A program made the position numbers and the translations under genes. From the NCBI GenBank assembly GCA_963720755.1, contig CAVRGP010000011.1:736001-800000 (forward strand): a stretch of DNA of 64,000 nt, given 5' to 3'. Positions within the stretch are counted from its first letter, which is position 1. Every line of letters starts with the position of its first letter. Shown here in pieces: positions 55,415 through 64,000 of this stretch. A model generated the notes under the pieces. It had not been told where the DNA came from and made no database searches. It saw only the letters and a list, made by a program, of their open reading frames with translations. This stretch comes from an uncultured Chloroflexia bacterium. GTDB lineage: Bacteria; Chloroflexota; Limnocylindria; Limnocylindrales; CSP1-4.

Positions 55415-56782
55415 TCAGGCGGCCATACGGGCGGCCAGGACCGCCCGGTCGATCGGCCGGAACCACACCCAGTACAGCGCGGTCGCGATCGTGTACAGCG
55501 CGATGATCGTGACGAAGTTGACCGTGTAGCCGGGGTAGAACCCGATGGTCGCCTGGAGGACGGCGTACCAGATCCCCCCGATGATCCAGCCGATCTGCCA
55601 GAGCACGCTCATCGCGGCGGCCAGGGTCGCGCGTTCGTGCGGTGTGACCCGCTCCATCGCAAAGGCGCTGAAGATCGGGTTGCCGGCGTTCATCAGGGAG
55701 TTCCGGATGGCCATCGAGGCGACGACCATCCAGAGGATCGGCGAGAAGCCCAGAACGACGAGGAACGGGATACTCGCTCCCTGGACGATGACGACCGAGG
55801 TGATCTGCCCGTATCGCCTGGCCAACCTCGGCTGCGCCAGGATCGCCGCGATCGTCCCAAGGCTCGTGATGGCGAACACGGCGTTCAGCGAGGTCAGGTC
55901 GAGCCCGAACTTCCGCTGGATGAACAGATTCAGGAACGGGATCACCTGGCCGGCGCCGACCGAGATCAGGAAGCCTGGGAACACGAGGCGCGCGAACCGT
56001 CCGCGATCAGCGATGTTGATCCCCATCCGAGCGCGCGTTCTGCGCGGGTCAGCCGGGAACGCCGCCGGCTCGCCGAGGGCGACCAGCCGCGGACCTGCCA
56101 TCGATCGCGGCCGGTCATCGCTCAGAAGTGCGACCGTGCCGAGCGAGGCCGTGAGCAGGACCGCCATGAACAGCAGGACCACCTTGTACGTCCCCGGGCC
56201 GGCGGGGTCCAGGCCGGCGAGGTTCGCGATCGCCACTGCTCCGACGCCGCCGAGCAGCGCCGCGACGACATTGGTGACGTTCTGGATCGCGAACTGTGTG
56301 GCGAACAACTCGTTTCGGTGTTCGGCATCGCTGTGCTCGGTCAGGAACGGCGCCTGGACGACCTGGAATGCCATCCAGCCGGCTGACCAGAGTGCCGCGA
56401 AGGCGATGATCAGCGGCACCGCCTCGAACAGGAGCAACCCGATGAGGGCGATCAGCCCGGTGGAGATCCCGGCGGTCATGACGGCCTTCCGCCCGAAGCG
56501 ATCCGATGCCGCGCTGGCGGGGAACGCGGTGATGGCGCCGGCGCCAGCAGCGATCGTCGCCACGACGCCGATGGTCGCGGCCGGTATCCCGAGCGAGGCG
56601 AGATACAGGTTGAAATCGATCCAGTAGAGGCTCAGCGCGGCGCCCGCGACGAAGGTGGTGACCAGGAAGACCCGGGCATCGTGGTGGAACCGGGCGATGA
56701 CGCGGAATGGCGATCGCCAGCGCGATCCGGGAGTGCCGCTCGGCCCCGCGCCGCCGGACGGTCCGTCGAGCCCCTTCGGCAT
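55415..56782 (-). CDS. MFS transporter
   Basis: About 12 hydrophobic segments, with motif A SDRFGRK and a second LARRYG. Confidence 0.9.
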   Translation of the reverse strand: MPKGLDGPSGGAGPSGTPGSRWRSPFRVIARFHHDARVFLVTTFVAGAALSLYWIDFNLYLASLGIPAATIGVVATIAAGAGAITAFPASAASDRFGRKAVMTAGISTGLIALIGLLLFEAVPLIIAFAALWSAGWMAFQVVQAPFLTEHSDAEHRNELFATQFAIQNVTNVVAALLGGVGAVAIANLAGLDPAGPGTYKVVLLFMAVLLTASLGTVALLSDDRPRSMAGPRLVALGEPAAFPADPRRTRARMGINIADRGRFARLVFPGFLISVGAGQVIPFLNLFIQRKFGLDLTSLNAVFAITSLGTIAAILAQPRLARRYGQITSVVIVQGASIPFLVVLGFSPILWMVVASMAIRNSLMNAGNPIFSAFAMERVTPHERATLAAAMSVLWQIGWIIGGIWYAVLQATIGFYPGYTVNFVTIIALYTIATALYWVWFRPIDRAVLAARMAA

Positions 56783-56811
56783 CGTGGTCCCCTGGGCCTG
56801 AGCTACGTGGA

Positions 56812-56898
56812 TGGTGCCGGAGACGAGACTTGAACTCGTACGAGGTTGCCCTCAACGGTGTTTGAGACCGTCGCGTCTGCCTGTTCCGCCACTCCGGC
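56812..56898 (-). tRNA. tRNA-Leu(CAA)
   Basis: GCCGGAG/CTCCGGC acceptor stem plus ACCA; anticodon arm ACGGT-CTCAAAC-ACCGT; long variable arm GAGG-GCAA-CCTC; T-loop TTCAAGT; 87 nt. Confidence 0.97.
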
Positions 56899-56973
56899 CG
56901 GGCGCGTGCGCCATCGTACCGTCCGTGCGCACCGGTCGCACCGAACGTCCACAAACGACGTATCGTGCGCGGC

Positions 56974-57570
56974 ATGGCGGATGTCCTCCTCCTTGGTTTC
57001 ATCGCCGGCTACGTCCGGGGTGGCTGGAGCACGGGCTTCCTTCGACGTCTCGTCGGTCTCGGCTTCCTGGCAGCATCGTTCGTGGCCGGCGCATACCTCC
57101 GTCAACCGGTCGGTGCGATCATCGCCGGGATCTTCCCGGACATCCCGCCGTCCTACGCCGACATGGTCGGGTACTCGGTGTCGTTCACGGTGCTGGTCGC
57201 CGGTCTGAACATCATCAGCGGCCCGGTCCTCGGGAAGGTCGCGATGACCGGTCTTTCACGGGCGATGGATCAGGCGCTTGGCGCCGTGTTCGGGGCGATC
57301 GAGGCCGTCCTCCTCATCTCCGTCGCGATCGTGATCCTCGATACCTACTTCGGCAAGACTGGTGCGCTGGCGACGGACCCGGGGCTTGGTTTCCTCAAGA
57401 CGCTGAGCCAGGCGCTCGACCAGTCGACGATCGGTCAGTTCCTGATCCAGACGACCGTGCCGTTCGTCCTGGCGATCCTGGGGCCGCTCCTGCCGACGGA
57501 CGTCAGCTCGCTCGTCCCGACGGACGTGCCCGGTCTGGACCTGCCCGGCCTCGTGCCCTCGAAGCCGTAG
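56974..57570 (+). CDS. CvpA (colicin V production) family membrane protein
   Basis: D.LLL...GWSTGFLR at the N-terminus and MDQALGAVFGAI; four TM segments. Confidence 0.8.
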   Translation: MADVLLLGFIAGYVRGGWSTGFLRRLVGLGFLAASFVAGAYLRQPVGAIIAGIFPDIPPSYADMVGYSVSFTVLVAGLNIISGPVLGKVAMTGLSRAMDQALGAVFGAIEAVLLISVAIVILDTYFGKTGALATDPGLGFLKTLSQALDQSTIGQFLIQTTVPFVLAILGPLLPTDVSSLVPTDVPGLDLPGLVPSKP

Positions 57571-57705
57571 CAAGCGTCGGACCGACCTCCATCGGGAACC
57601 GTCCCGAGATTGGCGGCGTCTTGGCCGGGTCCGATGCTAGACTCGCCCAGCCTCAGAATCGCCGTCCGGAGGGACCCCCCGATCGTGGAGGACCTTCGAC
57701 CGACC

Positions 57706-58294
57706 ATGGTCTCCGACGACCCAGTCCAGCGCCGCGACCTCATCCTGCTCGAGCGCGCTCGTGATGGCGACCTCGGGGCGTTCAACGACCTCGTCGTCCT
57801 CTACCAGGACCAGCTGTTCGCGCTCGTCGTGCGGATGGTTCCCGATCGTGACCAGGCGTCCGACTGCGTGCAGGAAGCGTTCTTCTCAGCCTACCGAAAC
57901 CTGACCTCGTTCCGCGGCGGCAGCGTGAAGTCGTGGCTGAACCGGATCTGCGTCAACGCGGCGATGGATCTCCAGCGTGCCCGCAAGCGACGGCCGGTCC
58001 AGCCATACCCCGAATTCGAGGACGAGAGCTGGCAGCCACCCGCCGGTCCCGAGGCCGACCCGGAACGGACGGCCATCGAGGCCGAGCGGACGCGCGTGCT
58101 GGCGGAGCGCCCTAGCCGGGATCACCGATCAGCAGCGAGCCGCGATCGTCCTGTACGACGTCGAGGGCTACGACTACGCGGAGATCGCGCAGATGACCGG
58201 CGTCTCCCTCGGGACCGTCAAGTCGCGGATCCACCGCGGTCGCCTTGCGCTGCGTGGGTTGCTGGACGACCGGATGGAGCTGTTCCGTGGCTGA
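57706..58294 (+). CDS. ECF RNA polymerase sigma factor, frameshifted near 58108
   Basis: Region 2: GDLGAFNDLV, DCVQEAF and SWLNRICVN. Region 4 (EGYDYAEIAQMTGVSLGTVKSRIHRGR) is in the next frame. Alternative start GTG 57685. Confidence 0.88.
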
Positions 58295-59339
58295 CGCGTC
58301 GCGACTCCACGCTGAACACGATCCGTTGCGGATCGCGGCCCTTGTCGGTGAACCTGCCGACGGAGGGGCCGAGGTGGCAGCGCGTACCTGGATCGAAAGC
58401 TGTCCGGCATGCGCGACCTTGTATGCGGACCTCGCGGCGTTGTCGATCGCCACACGTGCCCTGCCGGCGCCGCAACGGCCGCATGACTTCCAGCTGACGG
58501 TCGCCGATGCGGCCCGTCTCACCGATGCGGTCGCGCAGCATGCCGGGCATGACGCCTCGCTCGTCGCCGCGTTCGCCGATGGGTCGATCGATCCTGCGGA
58601 TGTGCAGCGGGCGGAGGCGCTCGTCGGTTCGTGCGCCGATTGCGCCGCCCTTGACGCGGATCTCCGAATACTCGCCGACGCCACCAGGGCGATGGCAACG
58701 CCAGCGCGACCGCGCGACTACGCCTTGTCGCCAGACGACGCGGCACGATTGCGTCCGGCCGGTTGGCGCCGGTTCCTCGCGGGTGTCGGGTCGTCGCGTG
58801 ACGCGCTGAGCCGGCCGCTGGCGATCGGGCTGACGACCCTTGGCCTCGTCGGCGTGCTCATCGCGGGCGCGCCATCGATCTTGTGGGTCGGGTCGTCGGC
58901 GTCCTCGCTTGACACGGTCGGTTCGCCGATCGAAGCCGGGGCAGCGGGTGCTGCCGCACCATCCGATGCCAGGGATGTATCCGGTCTTGCCTCGCCGGCT
59001 CCGAAGCCCGCGACCGGTGTCCAGCCAGACACTGCCGGGGATCCCAACGACGCGAGCGGCGGACCCGATCAAGCGCCCGTTGCGGAGGCGAGTCCCGGTT
59101 CGAGCGTCGGACCGGCGGTGGTTGCGCCACCGTTCGCCGCAGCGACGACCGAACCGGGCTCCAAGGACCTGAACGATGGGTCCTCCGTCACTCCCGAACG
59201 CGTGGCAGGCACCGGCTCGACGAGCGACCGGACGACGACCGGCATGGCGCCGATGCTGTGGCTGTCGGCGCTCTTCCTCGTGGCCGGACTGGGTCTCTTC
59301 GCGATCCGGTGGGGAGCGCGCCGGCTCGGGGACGGCTGA
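58287..59339 (+). CDS. Membrane-anchored anti-sigma factor with a tandemly duplicated zinc-binding domain
   Basis: Overlaps the sigma stop; two CxxC-containing repeats, one TM, a P/A/S-rich extracellular region and a C-terminal TM. Confidence 0.75.
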   Translation: MADASRLHAEHDPLRIAALVGEPADGGAEVAARTWIESCPACATLYADLAALSIATRALPAPQRPHDFQLTVADAARLTDAVAQHAGHDASLVAAFADGSIDPADVQRAEALVGSCADCAALDADLRILADATRAMATPARPRDYALSPDDAARLRPAGWRRFLAGVGSSRDALSRPLAIGLTTLGLVGVLIAGAPSILWVGSSASSLDTVGSPIEAGAAGAAAPSDARDVSGLASPAPKPATGVQPDTAGDPNDASGGPDQAPVAEASPGSSVGPAVVAPPFAAATTEPGSKDLNDGSSVTPERVAGTGSTSDRTTTGMAPMLWLSALFLVAGLGLFAIRWGARRLGDG

Positions 59340-59402
59340 GGGCCAACGCCAGCGCCGAATCTCCGCTCCGACCGGGTTCGGAGGCCCCGCTACACTTGGT
59401 CC

Positions 59403-62363
59403 GTGCCCACAGAACGCCTGATGTTGCTCGATGGGAACGGGCTCATCTACCGCGGTTATTTCGCGTTGCCGCCCCTCACGACGTCGAAGGGCGAGTTGGT
59501 CAACGCGGTGTTCGGTTTCTGCAGCATCGTGCTCCGCGGGATCCAGGACCTCCATCCGGACTACCTGGCCGTCGCCTTCGACCTCCAGGGACCGACGTTC
59601 CGACACGAGCAGTACGCCGAGTACAAGGCCACCCGGCAGCGGATGCCGGACGACCTGCGCGACCAGTTCCCCAAGGTCCGCGAGGTGGTCAAGGCGCTCC
59701 GGATCCCGGTCTACGAACTGGCCGGCTACGAGGCTGATGACGTCATCGGCACGATCACCGTCGATGCCGAGCGGCGCGGCTTGGATACGACCATCGTGAC
59801 CGGCGATCTCGACATGCTCCAGCTGGTGACCGATCACACCCGGCTCATGACCACACGGAGCGGGGTCGAGAACACGATCCTGTATGACCCGGCCAGGATC
59901 GCCGAGCGGTTCGACCTCGTCCCCGGCCAGATGATCGACTACAAGGCCCTCAAGGGCGACCCGACGGACAACATCCCGGGCGTGCCCGGGGTGGGGGAGA
60001 AGACCGCGGCCAAGCTCATCCGCGAATTCGGCACGCTCGACGCGGTGTACGAGCGGATCGACGAGGTCAAGCCGGACAAGTTGCGCGACAAGCTGGTCGA
60101 GCACCGCGAGTCGGTGTTCATGGGCAAGGATCTGTCGACGATCGTCCGCGACCTGCCCGTGGACTTCGACCTCGAGGCCGCCCGCCTGGGCGACTACGAC
60201 CGCGAGACGGTCATCCGGCTGTTCCGCGAGTACGAGTTCCGAACGTTGATCGAGCGCCTGCCGGCGATGACCGGCGAATCGGCAGGGGACGCGGCCGAGG
60301 CGCTCCGCGGGGTTGCGACCGATGGCTCGGTGCCGGCTGCGCGGGTCGCCGGATCGGCGCGGCCGTCTGGCTGGGGTGCGCCACGATCGAACCGGCCGGC
60401 CACCGAAGGTGGCGGCCTCCAGCTGTCCCTCGATTTCGATGCGGTGTCCGGGCCGTCCGCGACGGCAACGACCGGTCCTGAGGCGTCGACGGAGGTAGCG
60501 GCCCCGCCGGTCGAGGGTGAACCCGACGACCTCCCGACCGCGCTTGCCGCGGCGATCAACGACCCGTCGCGGATCGAGGTCCATGCGGGTGACCGGATCG
60601 CCGCGCTGGAGTCGTGGCTGGCGGCCCAGGCGACCGTCGGTGTCGGGTTGCTCCTCGACGATCCTCGGCCGCGACGCGGGATGCCCATCGCCCTCGCGCT
60701 GGCGGGGTCGGACGGTCGAACCGTCGCTGTCGAAGGACCCGATGACGCGGCGGCACTCCGGCGACTCCTCGATCGGCTCGGGACCGCGGTCGTCGGGCAC
60801 GAGGTGAAGCCGCTGCTCGTCGCGCGGATCGCCGACGACCCGGATGCGCCACCGACCCCGGTCGCCTTCGACACCCAGATCGCCGCCTACATCCTCAACG
60901 CCGCGCTTCGAAGCCAGACGATCGCGGACGTCGTGGCGGAGCAACTCGACCTGATCCTGCCGGATACCTCGACGCTCGACGGGGCAGCCCGGGCCGGGCT
61001 GGAGGCGCTGTCGGCGCTGGCCGTCCGGGAGCCGCTCGAACGCCGGCTCATCGAGGAGGGCCTCGATCGGCTCTTCCGCGAGATCGAGCTGCCGCTCATC
61101 CCCGTCCTCGCGCGGATGGAGGCGACCGGCGTCGCGCTCGACCGCGACGCGCTGGGGCTGCTCGCGACCGAATTCGGCGCGGAGATCTCGCGACTCGAGA
61201 CCGAGATCTATGCCGACGTCGGGCACGAATTCAACCTCGGCAGTCCGAAGCAACTCGAGCAGATCCTGTTCTTCGAGCTGAACCTGCCGAAGGGCAAGCG
61301 GACCAAGACGGGTTACTCGACCGATGCGTCGGTCCTCGAGGACCTGCGGGCGGCGCACCCGATGATCGACAAGCTGCTCGAATGGCGGATCTACACGAAG
61401 CTCCGCTCGACCTATGTCGATGCGCTCCCGATGCTGATCGCCGACGACGACCGGCTCCACACGACGTTCCACCAGGCCGTCGCGGCCACCGGCCGGCTGT
61501 CGTCGTCGGACCCGAACCTCCAGAACATCCCGATCCGGACACCACTCGGCCGCCGGATCCGGCGGGCGTTCGTGGCCGGCGAGCCTGACCTCACCCTCGT
61601 GGCCGCCGACTACAGCCAGATCGAGTTGCGGATCCTCGCCCACGTCTCCGGCGACGAACACCTGCGCGACGCGTTCGCCCGCGGCGCCGACCTGCATCGG
61701 GAAACCGCGGCGCTCGTCCTCCACAAGGACCCGGCCGAGGTGACCCTCGCGGAGCGGTCGATGGCGAAGATGGTCAACTTCGGGATCGCCTATGGACTGT
61801 CCGACTTCGGGTTGTCCGAGCGCGCCAACATCCCCCGCGCTGAAGCCCAGGCGTTCATCAACACGTACTTCGCGACGTATTCGGGCATCAGCTACTACAT
61901 GCTGGCGATCAAGGAGCAAGCCAGGACTCAGGGGTTCGTGACCACACTCCTCGGCCGGAAGCGGCACATCCCGGAGCTGGCCGCCCGCAACCCGACGCTT
62001 CGCGCGGCCGGTGAGCGGATGGCCATCAACATGCCGATCCAAGGGACCGCGGCGGACATCGTCAAGATCGCGATGATCCGGCTCGACGAGCGGTTGCGGA
62101 GCGGTGGCTTCCTGGCTCGGCCGCTGCTCCAGGTCCACGACGAGTTGCTGCTCGAAGTCCCGCGCGACGAGGTCGACCGGCTGGTGCCGCTGTTGAGGGA
62201 CACCATGGAGAGCGCGCTTCCACTCGACGTGCCACTGACGGTCGACATCAAGATCGGCGACGACTGGGAGTCGATGGCGCCGCTGACCCGTGCCGATGCC
62301 CTCGCCGCGGAAGCCGACGAGGCGCCCGATCTCGATGCGCCGGTCGCGCCGATCAGCAGCTAG
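59403..62363 (+). CDS. polA: DNA polymerase I
   Basis: 5'-3' exonuclease motifs (LLDGN, YEADD, GDPTDNIPGVPGVGEKTA) and polymerase motifs TGRLSS, DYSQIELR, K.VNFGIAYG and QVHDE. Confidence 0.98.
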   Translation: MPTERLMLLDGNGLIYRGYFALPPLTTSKGELVNAVFGFCSIVLRGIQDLHPDYLAVAFDLQGPTFRHEQYAEYKATRQRMPDDLRDQFPKVREVVKALRIPVYELAGYEADDVIGTITVDAERRGLDTTIVTGDLDMLQLVTDHTRLMTTRSGVENTILYDPARIAERFDLVPGQMIDYKALKGDPTDNIPGVPGVGEKTAAKLIREFGTLDAVYERIDEVKPDKLRDKLVEHRESVFMGKDLSTIVRDLPVDFDLEAARLGDYDRETVIRLFREYEFRTLIERLPAMTGESAGDAAEALRGVATDGSVPAARVAGSARPSGWGAPRSNRPATEGGGLQLSLDFDAVSGPSATATTGPEASTEVAAPPVEGEPDDLPTALAAAINDPSRIEVHAGDRIAALESWLAAQATVGVGLLLDDPRPRRGMPIALALAGSDGRTVAVEGPDDAAALRRLLDRLGTAVVGHEVKPLLVARIADDPDAPPTPVAFDTQIAAYILNAALRSQTIADVVAEQLDLILPDTSTLDGAARAGLEALSALAVREPLERRLIEEGLDRLFREIELPLIPVLARMEATGVALDRDALGLLATEFGAEISRLETEIYADVGHEFNLGSPKQLEQILFFELNLPKGKRTKTGYSTDASVLEDLRAAHPMIDKLLEWRIYTKLRSTYVDALPMLIADDDRLHTTFHQAVAATGRLSSSDPNLQNIPIRTPLGRRIRRAFVAGEPDLTLVAADYSQIELRILAHVSGDEHLRDAFARGADLHRETAALVLHKDPAEVTLAERSMAKMVNFGIAYGLSDFGLSERANIPRAEAQAFINTYFATYSGISYYMLAIKEQARTQGFVTTLLGRKRHIPELAARNPTLRAAGERMAINMPIQGTAADIVKIAMIRLDERLRSGGFLARPLLQVHDELLLEVPRDEVDRLVPLLRDTMESALPLDVPLTVDIKIGDDWESMAPLTRADALAAEADEAPDLDAPVAPISS

Positions 62364-62372
62364 GCTCCTCGG

Positions 62373-63455
62373 ATGCCTGAACTCCCTGAGGTCGAGACGG
62401 TCGTGCGCGACCTGCGCCCGAAGATCGTGGGCTCGACGATCGTCGATGCCCGCTGCTCCTGGGCCCGGACGTTGCGGACTCACACGCCGGGCGCGTTCGC
62501 CGAGGCGATCGCGGGCCGACAGGTCGAGACGGTCGACCGGAGAGCGAAGCTGGTCGTCGTCGGGCTGTCCGGGGACGCGGCCCTGACCATCCATCTCAAG
62601 ATGACCGGGCAGTTGTTCGTCGTACCGGCCACGGTTCCGATGGATCCGTATGTCCGGCTCGTCCTTGGGCTCGCCGACGGACGTGAGGTCCGGTTTCGCG
62701 ACATCCGCAAGTTCGGCAAGGTCGGCCTGTACGGGCGGGATCCGGTGACCGGTGAACTCGTGACCGAAGTCGGAGGGACGTCCGTGTTCGCGGCATTCGG
62801 CCCCGAGCCGCTCGATCCATCGTTCCGCCTCCGCGACTTTCGGGTTCGGCTGCGCCGGCGCAAGGGCCGGCTGAAGCCGCTCCTGCTCGATCAATCGTTC
62901 CTCGCCGGGGTCGGCAACATCTATGCGGACGAGGCGCTATGGGCGGCACGGCTGCACCCGCTTCGGTCCGTCGGGACGCTTCATCTCCCGGACGAGCGGC
63001 ACCTGTACGAGGCGGTACGGACCATCCTCGCCGAGGCGATCGAGCGACGCGGCAGCTCCATCGACGATTACACCGCGCCGGACGGTGACGGTTCGATGCA
63101 GGAGCGGCTCGCGGTCTACCAGCGGACCGGCGAGCCATGTCCCCGCTGCGGACGGCCGATCAAGCGGATCGTCATCGGGTCGAGGGCGACCCACTTCTGC
63201 TCGTGGTGTCAACGGCTGGCGGCGTCCGACCGGGCGGCGGCAAAGGTCATCCTCCGGGGCGTGACGGGCGGCCGGCGACGCGGCGGCGGACGCTGGACAG
63301 AGTTGGCGGGGGAGGGGAGCATCGGCCTGACCCAGGCGGAAGCGGAACGGGCCGCCCGGGCCGCGATCCGCGCACGAGCCGAGCGGACGAAGCGGGCCGC
63401 GGCGACGCGGCGAGCAGCCGCGCGCGCGTCCGTCGCCGGGGCGACCACGCGATGA
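62373..63455 (+). CDS. mutM: Formamidopyrimidine-DNA glycosylase
   Basis: MPELPEVE, HLKMTG, DIRKFG, GVGNIYADE and the zinc finger CPRC...CSWCQ. Confidence 0.96.
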   Translation: MPELPEVETVVRDLRPKIVGSTIVDARCSWARTLRTHTPGAFAEAIAGRQVETVDRRAKLVVVGLSGDAALTIHLKMTGQLFVVPATVPMDPYVRLVLGLADGREVRFRDIRKFGKVGLYGRDPVTGELVTEVGGTSVFAAFGPEPLDPSFRLRDFRVRLRRRKGRLKPLLLDQSFLAGVGNIYADEALWAARLHPLRSVGTLHLPDERHLYEAVRTILAEAIERRGSSIDDYTAPDGDGSMQERLAVYQRTGEPCPRCGRPIKRIVIGSRATHFCSWCQRLAASDRAAAKVILRGVTGGRRRGGGRWTELAGEGSIGLTQAEAERAARAAIRARAERTKRAAATRRAAARASVAGATTR

Positions 63456-64000
63456 GCATCCTGCGACTCACCGGTGTCAGCCGGGAGATCGGCACCTTCG
63501 TGATCCTCGATTCGATCGATGCATCGATCGCGTTGGGGGACCGGATCGGCCTCGTCGGTCCGAACGGCGCCGGCAAGACCACGCTGCTCCGGCTCGCGTC
63601 GGGCCGGGACGAGCCGGACCGAGGCGAGGTCCACCGAAAGCGTGGCCTGACCCTGGGTCTCCTGGCCCAGGAAGCCCACTTCGACGAGGCGTTCATGGCC
63701 TCGCCGGATCTGCGCCTCGCGGTGCGCACGGGCGCCGCCCACCTCGACCGGATGGCCGAGCGCCTCGCGTCTATGGAGCGCGACGGCCACGTGACCGAGC
63801 ATGCCTACGCAGACCTCCTGCATCGATACGAGATCCTGGGGGGCTACACGCTGGACCAGCGGGTCGACAGCGCCCTGACCGGATTGGGTTTCGGCAAGGA
63901 CGAATGGGCGAAACCGCCGTCGGCGCTGTCCGGCGGCGAGCAGACCCGGGCATCGCTGGCCCGGCTCGTCATCGCGGACCCGGACCTCCTTCTCCTCGAC
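63452..64000 (+). CDS. ABC-F family ATP-binding protein, 3'-truncated by the window edge
   Basis: Read manually from ATG 63452: GDRIGLVGPNGAGKTTLL, LLAQE, ALTGLGF and LSGGEQTRASLA...DLLLLD. Confidence 0.9.
   Translation, partial: MSILRLTGVSREIGTFVILDSIDASIALGDRIGLVGPNGAGKTTLLRLASGRDEPDRGEVHRKRGLTLGLLAQEAHFDEAFMASPDLRLAVRTGAAHLDRMAERLASMERDGHVTEHAYADLLHRYEILGGYTLDQRVDSALTGLGFGKDEWAKPPSALSGGEQTRASLARLVIADPDLLLLD

Noticed and set aside
56812-56898. tRNA-Leu as an integration site for an island
   Set aside because: There is no integrase in the window, I did not spot a duplicated tRNA 3' end, and the flanks are ordinary MFS and cvpA genes.
58218-62894. 1558-aa ORF on the minus strand (and similar long ORFs at 9389-11650, 13254-15134, 24892-27816 and 469-2121)
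   Set aside because: These are antisense shadows of polA, metG, groEL, gatA and purH. High GC3 codon bias removes stops on the opposite strand, and the translations have no recognisable motifs.

Overview
A gene-dense, very GC-rich (roughly 70%, estimated by eye) bacterial chromosome segment. It looks monoderm (many lipoproteins, a CIRCE element, gatCAB) and is most consistent with Chloroflexota, possibly Limnocylindria (inference, not tested). The backbone is housekeeping: purM, a purN-purH fusion, a small glycosyltransferase cluster, metG-tatD, CIRCE-groES-groEL, pcrA, ligA, gatC/A/B, a BMP-type nucleoside ABC transporter, dnaE, tRNA-Leu(CAA), an ECF sigma/anti-sigma pair, polA-mutM and an ABC-F gene. 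An accessory signalling region lies at about 37-50 kb. Its best candidate for an undescribed system is a pair of NarL-class (HisKA_3) membrane histidine kinases with complementary defects: one keeps the phospho-accepting His but has lost the ATP-binding boxes, and the other keeps the ATP-binding boxes but has Arg in place of the His. They share one response regulator, flank an orphan TRAP DctP-like lipoprotein, and sit divergent to two promoters that carry a common motif. Other notable items are a MetRS with GLHT in place of the HIGH motif, an anti-sigma factor with a tandemly duplicated atypical zinc domain, pervasive leaderless-type promoters, and five single-base frameshifts that are probably sequencing indels. 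I saw no rRNA, CRISPR array, IS element or prophage.
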